A stretch of 64,000 bases of DNA. Source: Trichodelitschia bisporula. Lineage: Eukaryota. A program made the position numbers and the translations under genes. Below are positions 39,153-50,132 of this stretch, in pieces. The notes under the pieces are model-generated. The model worked only from the letters and a program-made list of their open reading frames with translations. It was not told the DNA's origin and did no database searches. The DNA is taken from positions 501,789 through 565,788 of the forward strand of contig ML996706.1 in assembly GCA_010356995.1 (NCBI GenBank). Reading direction: 5' to 3'. Each line of letters starts with the position of its first letter. Position 1 is the stretch's first letter.

Positions 39153-39941
39153 ATGGGTCTCATATATCCTGCTGGCGGCGCCACAGCTGCTTTGACTGTC
39201 ATCGGCCTGTGTATGTCCCTGCGCCTTTTGTCCCGCGGGCGGCGAGCTAACAGCTTCAGACATGCTCTTCAATGGCGAGGGCGAGCAGTTCAACGTACGG
39301 ACCTACTTTCACGCGCATTGTCAGTAGCTGACGTCTTCCCAGGTCGGCGCCTTCCTAGAGAGCATATCGCCCTACGCGTGGGCCGACATGGGCATCGGTC
39401 TGTGCATCGGTCTATCCGTCGTAGGAGCAGCATGGTACGCAGCACGCGCTCGCCATTACCGGACCAATCTGACAATATACAAGGGGAATCATGATTACTG
39501 GCGTGTCGATTCTAGGCGGCGGCGTCAAGGCCCCGCGCATACGAACCAAGAACCTGATCTCCATTATCTTCTGTGAAGTCGTCGCCATCTACGGCGTCAT
39601 CATGTCCATCGTTTTCTCGGCTAAGATCGACGCGGTGCCCGCCGATCACGTACACTCGGCGAATAACTACTACACGGGGTTTGCGCTGTTTTGGGCGGGA
39701 ATTACGGTGGGCATGTGTAACTTGATTTGCGGCGTGTCGGTTGGTATCAATGGGAGCAGTGCGGCGCTGGCGGATGCGGCTGATCCTACGCTGTGAGTGT
39801 GGAGAGTATGTTTGCGGTTCTACGCTAACGCTGTATAGCTTCGTCAAGATCCTGGTTATTGAAATCTTCAGCTCCGTGCTGGGTCTGTTTGGGCTTATCA
39901 TCGGGCTCCTCGTGTCGGGCAAGGCGCCAGACTTCGCATGA
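39153..39941 (+). CDS. VMA16: V-ATPase proteolipid subunit c''
   Basis: [65 protein letters not shown]; four introns. Confidence 0.95.
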
Positions 39942-40336
39942 GACAGAAGGCAGAGGAAAATACAGGACAGCGGATATGTTGGAATGGGAGATCAGCCCTG
40001 GGGGCGCGAGTTGAGTAAGCGTTCATCAGCCGCGGGTGTAAGTCCAATTTCAAGGCGTTGGGAGCTACAAAGTCTCGGCCACCGCCGCGACTGGATTTGG
40101 GATTGGGCACGCGTAGAGCGTGAGGCAAGTGTACATATGTAGACCCGATAGCCGCTGTAACTTTACTGTTGGTAATTGAAGGCCAGGCACGGTTTCTTTG
40201 CACGGTTTGGCGGTTGCTTGCCCCACTGTTGCAATCCCGAGTTGTTCTACCCCGCAACCGGGGGTGGAGCATCACTCAGCGTTGGAGCTCTCGAGACCAG
40301 TCAACTCCCGACTGTGGATAATCACATCGAAGCAAC

Positions 40337-42585
40337 ATGACGTCTAACACTCTCAAAGCTGCAATCCTGATCATTTCAGATACAGCGTCGGCCGATGCAT
40401 CGACGGACAAGACCGCCCCCGTCTTGCGCGATGTCTTCAGCGAGCAAGAGCAAGGCGGGGCTACGTGGGAAGTCACCGACACAAAAATTGTCCCCGACGA
40501 TGTCGACGAAATTCAACGGGCTATTAAACTCTGGGCCGATTTTGAGTCCCCGGTAAACTGTATCATCACGAGTGGCGGCACGGGGTTTGCGGTTAAGGAC
40601 AGGACACCTGAAGTATGTCTTCTGCGGAGTTGATAATAGATACTAATGGTGCTAGGCGATCGAACCATTGATTCACAAACAAGCCAGTGGATTAGTGTAC
40701 ATCTTTCAGTCCCTATATAACCCAGCTAATTGTTCTCCAGCCACGCCATGCTCTCCTCCTCCCTCACCGTCACGCCCTGTAACCCCCCCCCAGTCTCAGT
40801 ATCAAGAGCTCATCCTAACACCCAACCCAGTCGCCATGATGTCCCGCCCCGTAGCAGGCGTTCGGTACAAGACCCTAATCATCACCCTCCCCGGCTCACC
40901 CAAAGGCGCGAAGGAGAACCTCGAGTCCATCGTCAAGCTCCTGCCCCACGCGTGTATACAAGCCGCCGGCACGGATTCGAGGCAGATTCATGCTGGGGGG
41001 GTGAGGAAATTGGAGAAGGAGGCTGGTGTTGGAGATGGAGCGAGCTCAGCAGGTGCGTATCTCCTGAAAGGAGAGATTGAAACGCTTTTGAGCCAGTCTA
41101 ACAGCCGCAGAACCCCGGCCTTCTCACGATCACTCCCACCATCACCACCACCACGGCCCTGGCGGCTTTCATCATGGTCCTAAGCCGCACACGAAACCGG
41201 AGTCCAATGACCCGTCTGCTGGTCCAACGCGCCGCGCCCGCATCTCGCCTTACCCCATGCTCTCCGTCTCCGACGCCCTGGCGCTAATCAACCAGCACAC
41301 GCCGCCCCCAACCATTGCGACTTTCCCAGTGGACGAAGAGCTTGTCGGCCACGTCCTATCCGGAGACGTCCGCGCAAACGAGGCCGTCCCCGCATTTCGC
41401 GCCAGCATCGTCGATGGCTACGCCGTGCGCATCCCAGCATCAGGAGTGTTTGAGAAGGGTGTTTACCCGGTGGCGATGGTGAGCCATGCGCGGGGGGGTC
41501 AGGTGGGGGAGCTACAGGAGGGAAGTATAGCAAGGATAACGACGGGCGCTCCCCTACCGCCGGGCGCGAGTGCGGTGGTTATGGTTGAGGATACGGCGTT
41601 GAAGAGTGTAACGGGGGACGGGGGTGAGGAAGCAGAGGTTGAGATTTTAACGTCTGATATTAAGCCCGGGGAGAATGTGCGCGAGGTAGGCAGTGATGTC
41701 AAGGAAGGCGAGGTGATTATGCGTAAGGGGGAAGGCATATCAGCAGTAGGGGGCGAACTCGGACTGCTTACTTCCGTGGGCCTGATGCAGGTGGTCGTGT
41801 ACAAGAAACCTGTTGTTGGGATCTTGAGCACGGGGGATGAGATCGTAGGCGCACGCTATGTACCCCTCCAGTACGGCGAAGTCCGCGACACGAATCGCCC
41901 GACGCTGCTCACCGCCGTCCGAGGGAGCGGCTTCGAGGCCATCGACCTCGGGATCGTATCTGACAAGTAAGTCTATCTCATTAGCACACCCACACCACTA
42001 ACCGGCAGACCCGGCGCCCTCGAAAGCGTGCTGAGAGCCGCCCTCCGCCAAACCGACGTCCTGATCACGACCGGCGGCGTCTCAATGGGCGAGCTCGACC
42101 TACTCAAGCCGACGATCGAGCGTCAACTCGGCGGGACCATCCATTTTGGGCGCGTGGCCATGAAGCCTGGTAAGCCGACCACGTTCGCGAGCGTGGTGAC
42201 GAAGAACGATCACGGCGACGATGTCACCAAGCTTATTTTCAGCCTGCCGGGGAATCCGGCGAGCGCGATGGTTACGTTTCACCTGTTTGTGCTCCCAGCT
42301 TTGCATCAGATGAGTGGGATTGAGCCTGCGGGTCTGCCGCGAGCGAAAGTCGTGCTTGATGAGAGGGTGCGGTGTGATAAGGAGAGAGCGGAGTATGTAA
42401 GGGTTGTTGCGTCGTGGGGTGCGGATGGGCGGTTGCATGTGCAGAGTACAGGGGGGCAGCGGAGTTCGCGGATTGGGAGCTTTAAGGGAGCGAATGCGTT
42501 GCTGTGTTTGCCGGCGAAGGAGGGGGTGTTGAGTAAGGGAGCTTTGGTTGATGCGCTTATCATGGGGAGGATTCATGGCTTGTAG
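40337..42585 (+). CDS. cnxE: Gephyrin-like MogA-MoeA fusion (molybdenum cofactor biosynthesis)
   Basis: LKAAILIISD, ITSGGTGFAVKDRTPE, TLPGSPKGAKENL, His-rich linker, PAFRASIVDGYA, LSTGDE, TTGGVSMGELD, MKPGKP, LPGNPAS; about five introns. Confidence 0.95.
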
Positions 42586-42859
42586 CATGGTCGATTTGTG
42601 CTATCGACGTTAAGTATGGAGAACTTGCCATCCTAACGATGTCCCGATCTCAGCCTTCCGAACGTTCGTCGAGAACCTTGCCGCTCTGATCATGGCGACG
42701 ATGGCATCTTGTCTGGTTAGCAGCCCCTCCCCCCCCCCCATCGACGTGGTTTGGCTTTGCGTACCAAGTGTTTGTCAACTCGTTCCTTAGGCGCAGACGC
42801 CTCCCAGAACGTCAGAGCGGGCCGACTTGGTACTTCTGCGAATGCCGGTGGTCAGAACT

Positions 42860-43108
42860 CTACGTGTGGCTGGGTAACAAACTAACATGATTTTCGGACA
42901 CGGGAACGTATACGTTCACCAGCGCCCTTATCATCTCCGCCGCCATCTCGCAGTTGCAGGATTCGGTGGTAAGGAGGGTGTCAAGCTCGAAGGTGCGAAG
43001 ACACCTGTTGAGGTAGTTCCACCATCTCTCCCAGTCTGACCCGTGCCTGGGCTGGGGCATGTCATTGACGCCTAATGGCTCGTCTTGATGCGAATCACGA
43101 AAGGGCAT
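42860..43108 (-). pseudogene. Gag-N-like repeat copy 1 (open frame but large internal in-frame deletion)
   Basis: NDMPQ..SDWERWW..LDTLL is fused directly to NCEMAAEMIRALVNVY; the middle ~35-40 codons present in copy 3 are missing. Confidence 0.6.
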
Positions 43109-43487
43109 GATGGACAGTGTTGCGGGCAGTCGATCAGTGGAACTGAGATGCAGACTTGGTGTGGGTGTTCTGGTTGGAGGTGGTGGTGGGAGTGTGCAAA
43201 CTGCAGATTGAAGTGAAGACGAAGAGAGGAAGAGACTTTCAAGAATAAATACACGATGATGACAAGTATCTTCCTATGCTTCTTCCTCCCATCATGCTCA
43301 CATTACATCATGCCCTTCCCAAGAGTAAGATGCTCCTTCCTGACATAACATTGTCCTGATCTCAGCCTTCCTCATATGCGTCGAGAAGTTTGCCGCACTG
43401 GCATCGTGGCGACGGCATCTTGTCTGGTTAGCAGTCCCCCGATCATTGACTTGGTTTTGTGTACCAAGTGTCAGTCGACTCATCTCT

Positions 43488-43830
43488 TCAGTCCATGTAT
43501 GCGGACTCCAGCTCCTTCATCATCTCAGCCGCCGTCTCGCAGTTAACGACTATGTACTTTCCGAGGCCAGTAAGACTCTCAGTAATCACGCACATAGCTT
43601 GGTTTTGATGGCAGTTCCAGTTTTTAAGCCGGTCCTCGTAGGGCGGTATTTTCTTCATTGGGTCGCTTTTCAGGTTTATAAGGCTTCGGTCTTGAGGAGC
43701 GTAGTGAGGTCTAAGGTGTCAAGACATATGTAGAGAAAATTCTCCCACAGTCCCAGTTTGAAGGGGACTGGAGCTTGGGTATATCATTTATGCCGTTCGG
43801 GGGGTAGTCCCAGAGGTGGCGAAGGGACAT
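43488..43830 (-). pseudogene. Gag-N-like repeat copy 2 (frameshifted)
   Basis: MSLRHLWDYPPNGINDIPKLQSPSNW, then frameshifts, then YEDRLKNWNCHQNQAMCVITESL..VVNCETAAEMMKELESAY. Confidence 0.7.
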
Positions 43831-44143
43831 GATGGACAGCTTTGAGCAGTCGATCTTTGGAACTGAGAATGTGGATTGAGGTAATGACGAGGAGAAGAAG
43901 AGAGTCAGAGACTCTCAAGACTTAAATACATGACGCCAAGTATCCTCGTTTGCTCCTGCCTCCCATCATGCTCACATTACATCATGCCGCTTCCCAAGAG
44001 TGATATGCTCCTTCACGACATAACAACGCCCCTGCCTTATGTCTACATCATCGAGGAGCTTGCCGCTCTGACTATCGCGGCGATGACATGTCGTCCAGTT
44101 AAGCACCCTCCATACCGGCGTGATTTAGCTTTGTGTATGACAA

Positions 44144-44509
44144 CTAAGTGCTCATCCACACCTCTGGTGGGGGTTCGTATACGGACTTCAGCTCCTCCAT
44201 CATCTGAGCCGCCGTCTCGCAATTAGCAACCAATTGACGACCTCTTTCATTAAGACCCCAGGTAATCGCCGCCCTTGCGAGTTCCTGTTTTTTGTTCCAG
44301 TAGTCAAGCCGCTTTTCATAGGACCTGCTCCCTTCTCGGATTTCTCTTTCAGGTTTGCGGTATTTGATCTCGAGGACGTTGTCGAGGCGGTGGTCCCAAA
44401 ATAACCGGCGGATGGAAATGTACCACTGAACCCAGTCTGCCTGGGATTCGAGCCTGGGAATATCGTCGATTTCGAATGGAGTGGGGCTTCTTGCGTTGGG
44501 ATGGGACAT
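44144..44509 (-). CDS. Intact 121-aa protein resembling the Ty1/Copia Gag N-terminal (UBN2/Retrotran_gag_2-like) domain; copy 3
   Basis: IPRLESQADWVQWYISIR..L..P..Y..W..KQELARAAITWGL..GRQLVANCETAAQMMEELKSVY matches the Copia gag pattern as recalled; not verified by search. Confidence 0.6.
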   Translation of the reverse strand: MSHPNARSPTPFEIDDIPRLESQADWVQWYISIRRLFWDHRLDNVLEIKYRKPEREIREGSRSYEKRLDYWNKKQELARAAITWGLNERGRQLVANCETAAQMMEELKSVYEPPPEVWMST

Positions 44510-44779
44510 GAGGGGCAGTCGATCTTTGAAACTGAGATGTAGACTTGGTGTGCGTGTTTAGGTTGGACGTGGTGGTGGGAGTCTCCCAGGGGCCTCTAAC
44601 AGGTGCAAAGGCAACTGGGCAAACTGAAGATTGAGTGTAATGGCGAGGAGAAGAAGAAAGTCAGAGACTCTCAAGAATAAATACATGATGCCAAGTATCC
44701 TCGTTTGCTCCTTCCTCCTATCATGCGCACATTACATCATGTTCAGCCTGTTCCTTCCTAACAGAACCATGCCCCTGCC

Positions 44780-45305
44780 TCATGTCCACATCATCGAGAA
44801 CTTTGCCGCGCTGATTATCGCGGCGCTGGGATCTCGTCTGCTCGAGCGCTCCCTATCAGCGCGTCTCGGATTTGTGTACGAAGACCAAGTGCTCGTTGAT
44901 ACTTTCGGGGGCTTATACACGGACTCTAGCTGATCCATCATCTCAGCCGCCGTCTTACATTTAGCAACTAATTGACGACCCCTTTCAGTGAGACCCTAGG
45001 TAATCGCTGCCATTCTGAGTTCCTGTTTTTGGTTCCACCTGTCAAGCCGGGCCTGGTAGGCCTTGTCATCTTCGTCGGGTCGCTTCACAGGTTTGTGGGC
45101 TTCGCCATAGGATTGTCTGGTATCGAGGAGGGGGTAGAGGGGAGTTCGCGCGAAAATATCTTTTCAACCAGTACTGCCATGTATTCCAGTCTTCTTGGGA
45201 CATGAGCGCGGGAATTTCATCGACCCGGACTGGGAATTCGCCTCTTGCATTGAGCCTTTCAGGGGCCGAGATCGGGGGTTTATCCCTCGGATTGAAAAAG
45301 GATAA
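44780..45305 (-). pseudogene. Gag-N-like repeat copy 4 (start lost, frameshift, nonsense codon)
   Basis: GTCCATC-TTA replaces GTCCATC-ATG; DEIPALMSQEDWNTWQ; frameshift; YQARLDRWNQKQELRMAAIT*GLTERGRQLVAKCKTAAEMM with TGG>TAG at 44996-44998. Confidence 0.75.
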
Positions 45306-45501
45306 GATGGACAGCTTTGTGTACAGTCGGTCTTTGGAACTGAGATGTAGAACTCGCTCGGAGCTGGCCTGTCGTCCCTCGCATTGAAAGCCCATGGCGT
45401 CACAGTGTACCCCTACGGGAAGTTTTAGCTGTGATCGGGATGTCCCATATTTTGACGTGTAATCAGTCACCTCTACGGAAATCTGCTACCAAAAAGTGCC
45501 T

Positions 45502-45572
45502 GATTGCAGTCGGAACCGTGCGATTGCAGTGAGAAACCGTTCGATTGCAGTGAGAAACCGTTCGATTGCAGT
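45502..45572. repeat. 21-bp tandem repeat GATTGCAGTGAGAAACCGTTC, ~3.5 copies
   Basis: Seen directly. Confidence 0.9.
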
Positions 45573-46173
45573 GCGTGCCACGAGGACGTCGAAAAACAGG
45601 GGAATTACAGCTAAAATGTACCGTATCGAACATGATAGGCAGTTCTGTGTACAGTCGGTCTCTGGAACTGAGAGGTGGATTTGGTTGGGGTTGGAGTGGG
45701 TGCTGAGAATCTCCCATTTAACACCTCACCAGCGAACGCATCGTTTGAAGGCCACCTGGAAAAAGTCATGGCGGGCTCCGTTTGCATACATCACCCGGCA
45801 GGGCAGCCATGACTTTGTCACGGGGTCCTGGGTTACCGCCGCGATCGGAGGATACGTCACTTGATGCAGGGACGCGACGAGGTCTCGCGTTGGAGCTGCA
45901 AATTCTTCTTCACGGGCAAACGGCCATCTTTAGACCTTGCCATTTCTTCTAACGGGATCCTACCTGGACGGATACCGGACTCATTCAGCTGCTTCTATCC
46001 GTCATTCAGCTGCGGCTGCGCGCTTCGGGACCGGATGGAAGCGCGGCGTCCGTGGAGAGCTTAACCACAGTATTTCGTTAGCGGCCACGAAGACAGGTAG
46101 GGTGTAGAGACAGAGCCAGTTCTCATCATTTGCTTAGAGCCTCAACTCAAGCCAAAGGGGAGGCTACTCCGCC

Positions 46174-48967
46174 ATGGACGGCCTCAAACCCGAGAAACCC
46201 TCCATGGTTGCCTTCGCTCGGTTCCACGGGCTTACCGTAGACTACTTTTCCCAGGATCCACTGGGTTCGCTCATCCTACCGGAGAAGATAAACAATGGCC
46301 CAGAACCACTTAATCCGCTGGAGGGCGTCTTCACGATCCCAATCTCGGCTGGCGGTTTGTTGTCGGCGCGACTGGAGGCTCCTCGCGAGGCGGCCTTGTT
46401 CCTGAGATCGGTTATTGTCCCCCCGGAGCCGGCGCCGTGGCTTGAAGACGACCTGCCGAAGGGTCTTGAGATTGTAAAACTCAAGCTGGAGGAGCCGATC
46501 CTGCGGACGGACAATGAACTCGATGTGCTGCATTTCGGGCGTAGAGCCGTGCCTGATTTTGCGAGTATGCCATTCCAAAAGGTTCGCGTGGATGAGGAGA
46601 ACGACGAAGGACTCTCGTGGCCTAGTGGGTATGTTCGACTGGAACAGCAATGTCAAAAGGTGGCGCGCTTGGAACGTCTCGCTATTCCCAAGGAGGCGTT
46701 CTTGTTTCTCCAGAGTGTGTTGGTGGATGATGTCTCCGCGAGTGATGAAGAGGCTTTCTTCGCTGTAGAGTCCGAGTACCAGGTCTGTTCATTGACTGAG
46801 AGTGCCATGTGCTTATGCGGCTAGGATCGAGCGTCAGCGGTTGCGATACCGGTTACGCCACCATTGCTCCCCTTGAGTCCCAAGCTGTCTCCATTCGAGC
46901 CGGAACCTGCAGCGTACGATCTCGAGCTCTCAGACGAGCCAGAAGACCCATTCGCCAATGAACTGGAAGTCATCGAGGCGTATCTAGCAAAAGAGGACGC
47001 AATCATGCCACCTGGCCTCGGAAGCGATGACCTGTCCTCCATCAACAGTTCCAACATCGGCGTCTTCTATCCACCCCTCGACCCTCGCTCCGAACCCGGC
47101 ATCCAATCCCCACCAAAACGCAAGCTCAGCGACCTTAAAATCGACGTCCCACTCACCCCACCCATTCCCTCCACCCCCACAAAGCGCGCCAAAACAGTCC
47201 ACTTCCCCGAGCTGCTGCACGAGATTATCGGCGAATCCGCGCCCGAGCGCTCAACTCCCGAGCCCTCATCCGAAGACCCGGTCTTTCAAGCCCTCGCTCC
47301 CCTTGCCGCATCCGCTGAGCAGGATATCGCGAATGAGCGCCTCCACGACGCAGACTCGCTGCTACGAGTCGATGTAGCGGTGCTGGACTTCACGCCGCCG
47401 ATTCCGCCATGGAAGCGTCTCGGTCGTAGAGCGCGTGGCAAGCACCCCGAGGGCGCGACGGAGATGGACTGTCAGCGGCGCTTGCTGCAGGAAGTTAAGA
47501 GCCGGGAGCTCAAGGACGCGGAGCGCTGGCACGGTATATCTAAGGTGGAGCGCCAGCTGACGTGGAGTCCCTTTCCGGCGGATTTGGCGCGGGGCGCCGC
47601 GGAGGAGAGGATTGAGGAGGAGAGGTACCTCGCGGTTGTGATGGATGATATGACGCTCGAGGGCGTGGTTACGAGTGAGGATCTTACGTGGAAGTTGGAG
47701 GGGTTGAGGGTGTTGGATGAAGATGAGGAGGAGAGTGATATCGAGATTGACGAAGAGCTGGAGAAGCAAGGGTTTGAGGCCTTGATCAAGAAGAGGAAAA
47801 GGGAGATGGAAGAGGAGGGGGAGGTTCATGCGGCGCAGGAGAAGAGGCGGCCGAGAGAGCTGGAGAGACGTCTTGATGAACCGAGACGCCTTGATGAATC
47901 GGCAAGACCGTCAACTGAAGCGCAAAGGACCGGCCAACGACAGTGTGCGGCCACGGTACAACCCCGCCTCCAAAGACTAGGAACCTTCTCAACCTCGACC
48001 GCCCTCGCCAGCTTTCTCCAAAGCATGGGCGCGCCCGTCCCAGCACCAGCACCACCTCCGCCTCCGCCTCCAAAACCAGTATCGAAGCCAAAACCAGCCG
48101 TCGAACCACGCCCTCCCTCTCCACCCCCAGCACCCTCCCTCTCCCTCCCTCCCCTCCCCTCCCCCGTCCCAACCGCATCATTCATAATCTCCACCCACCT
48201 CTACCGCACCCACCGCCCCCTCCTCCGGCACATATCCTCCCTGTACCCCACCGCCACCCTCATCGAACGCGACTTCGCAGCCGACGACCCGCTCGACCCC
48301 CCAGACGCAGATATCCTCCTCTCCCCTGCTTGTGGACTGGTGCTTACGTCCATCGCGCACTTGAAGCAGCGCCCGCTGCCCGGGCAGGCGCGGACGAGGA
48401 CGCGGACGGTGCTCGGGCGGATCGCCCGGCTGGTGGGAAGGTGGGAGCGGCTCATCGTGCTTGTGAACGGGGAGACGGGGATGGCTGATGCAGGGGACGT
48501 GGATGCGCTGAACGAGTTGAGCGTTTTTGCGAACGGCTTGGAGGGTGATGTTCAAGTTGTGTACGTCCCTGGTGCGGAGGTCGAGGCCGCGGGTGTAGTG
48601 GTTAGGTTTATGGCGGTGTATGGCAAGGGGGAGAGGGCGGATTTGCTTGAGGTTGAGACGCAGGTATGTGCCCCTTTATCGTTGGGATGGTAAGCTGATG
48701 AAGGAGTGGGAGCGGTTCCTCCGAAGAGTCGGGCTTAATGCGTGCGCGGCGCAGGCGGTGCTTTTTGCGCTTCGGGTGCCGAGGGAGGATGAGAAGGTGG
48801 AGGGGAGTGGTAATGCGGAGATGCGGAGTGGAGGGGTGTATGGCCTTAGGGCGTTCCTGGCGATGGAGCCTTGGGAAAGGGTGAGGCAGTTTTGCGGGAT
48901 GATGGGGGGGGAGAGGGTGTTGCGATGCGTGAGCAGGTGTCTCGAGGGAGAGATTGACGGGATATAG
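46174..48967 (+). CDS. Protein with C-terminal XPF-like/HhH-like region; probable Zip2/SHOC1 meiotic crossover factor
   Basis: Three exons; C-terminal LIERD..DADILLSP..GLVL..RWERLIVLV and ETQ/WERFLRRVGLNACAAQAVL. The gene is well supported; the Zip2 identity is inference. Confidence 0.55.
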
Positions 48968-49026
48968 AGCGTGATCTAGCTCGGATAGTGTTGAGGTTGA
49001 ATCGAAGCGCCGAAGTAGGTGATGTA

Positions 49027-49863
49027 TCAACGTGTATCAGCGCCGGCTTCTTCGAGTGTACGAAACACACAATACCGCCCAAAAACCTTCCTCACTTCCA
49101 CCGTCCTGCCGACCCACCCCTCCCTCCCCACACCCCAGCTCTTCGTGGAGGCATTCAATATCCCCACGCTCTCGGCCCAGATATCATCCCCCGGCGCCAG
49201 CCGGCCTTCCTCCCTAACAGGACCCAACCACCCATCCCTCTCATCCTCCTCGTCCTCCATTTTAACCTCATCGAGCAACATCTCCCCTTCGTCAGTCTGC
49301 ATCGCCGCCCGCAACGCCTCCCATTCCTCGTCGTCTGGCGACGGATTCGGAGAGGGGCATTCGCCGATGAGAAGGGCTTGACCGGAGCGGGCGGAAGCTT
49401 CGACGCAGGAGGAGAGGGTCCTGGTTAGGCCTTGTGCTGAGAAGGAGGGGGTGGAGCGGTGGAGGGTTAGGGGGGAGAGGAGGGCGAGGAGGGGGGTGCG
49501 GCGCGGATCTGAGGCGCGGGGCGGGACCTCTGCGTCCGCTTCACCTGGCGCATTTACTTCGGCTACAGCCTCGGGTAGCCCGTGTGCGGCGAGGAAGGCC
49601 TGGAGGTGCGGCAGTGTAGGACAGAATGCCACTTTCAGCGTGGCCGAGGCGGCGAGGGTTGCGAGGGTGGGAGGTGCCAGTGGGGAGGCGGTGGTGGTAG
49701 AGGCGGTAGAGGAGGTGGAGACGAGGAGTTGAGATATAAATGTCGCCTGCGAGGAGCAGATTATGAGGAGAGAGGGCGGCGCATGGACGGCTAGGAGGTG
49801 CGATATGAATGATTCGAGGGTGATGGGATGGAGGATTGTTGGCTGTGGTATCGGTGGGGGCAT
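49027..49863 (-). CDS. Uncharacterised fungal protein (possible degenerate RecA/Rad51-paralog fold)
   Basis: 278-aa ORF from ATG 49863 with alternating beta/alpha blocks LKVAFCPTLPHLQAFL, LLALLSPLTLH..FSAQGLTRTL, WVGRTVEV..VFGRYC. Confidence 0.6.
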   Translation of the reverse strand: MPPPIPQPTILHPITLESFISHLLAVHAPPSLLIICSSQATFISQLLVSTSSTASTTTASPLAPPTLATLAASATLKVAFCPTLPHLQAFLAAHGLPEAVAEVNAPGEADAEVPPRASDPRRTPLLALLSPLTLHRSTPSFSAQGLTRTLSSCVEASARSGQALLIGECPSPNPSPDDEEWEALRAAMQTDEGEMLLDEVKMEDEEDERDGWLGPVREEGRLAPGDDIWAESVGILNASTKSWGVGREGWVGRTVEVRKVFGRYCVFRTLEEAGADTR

Positions 49864-50132
49864 GGTTTGGTTGCCGGTGGACGGTGGTTTGAACAGATGG
49901 AGGGAGCTGAAGGGAGGTGCATTGTAGCCATTGAAAGGGGTGGAATGAAGCTGTACAGACTGGCGTTCGTGATGATGTTTGCTGAACCGAGAGCTGACGT
50001 CGCGATCGCGGCTGTGGCGCACACCATGGCTTGTGGCTTGCCCTCCCATCCCACCAACGTCAACCCCACCACCAACACCAAGCTATCGAGCTTCATCATC
50101 ACCACTCCGCCTAATCCCCCTCCGCCACCACC

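Noticed and set aside
43930..44933. Plus-strand hydrophobic ORFs antisense to the Gag-like copies (toxin/antitoxin idea)
   Set aside because: Similarity follows from the DNA duplication; the copy at ~43257 stops after ~30 codons and the C-termini are not in a shared frame.
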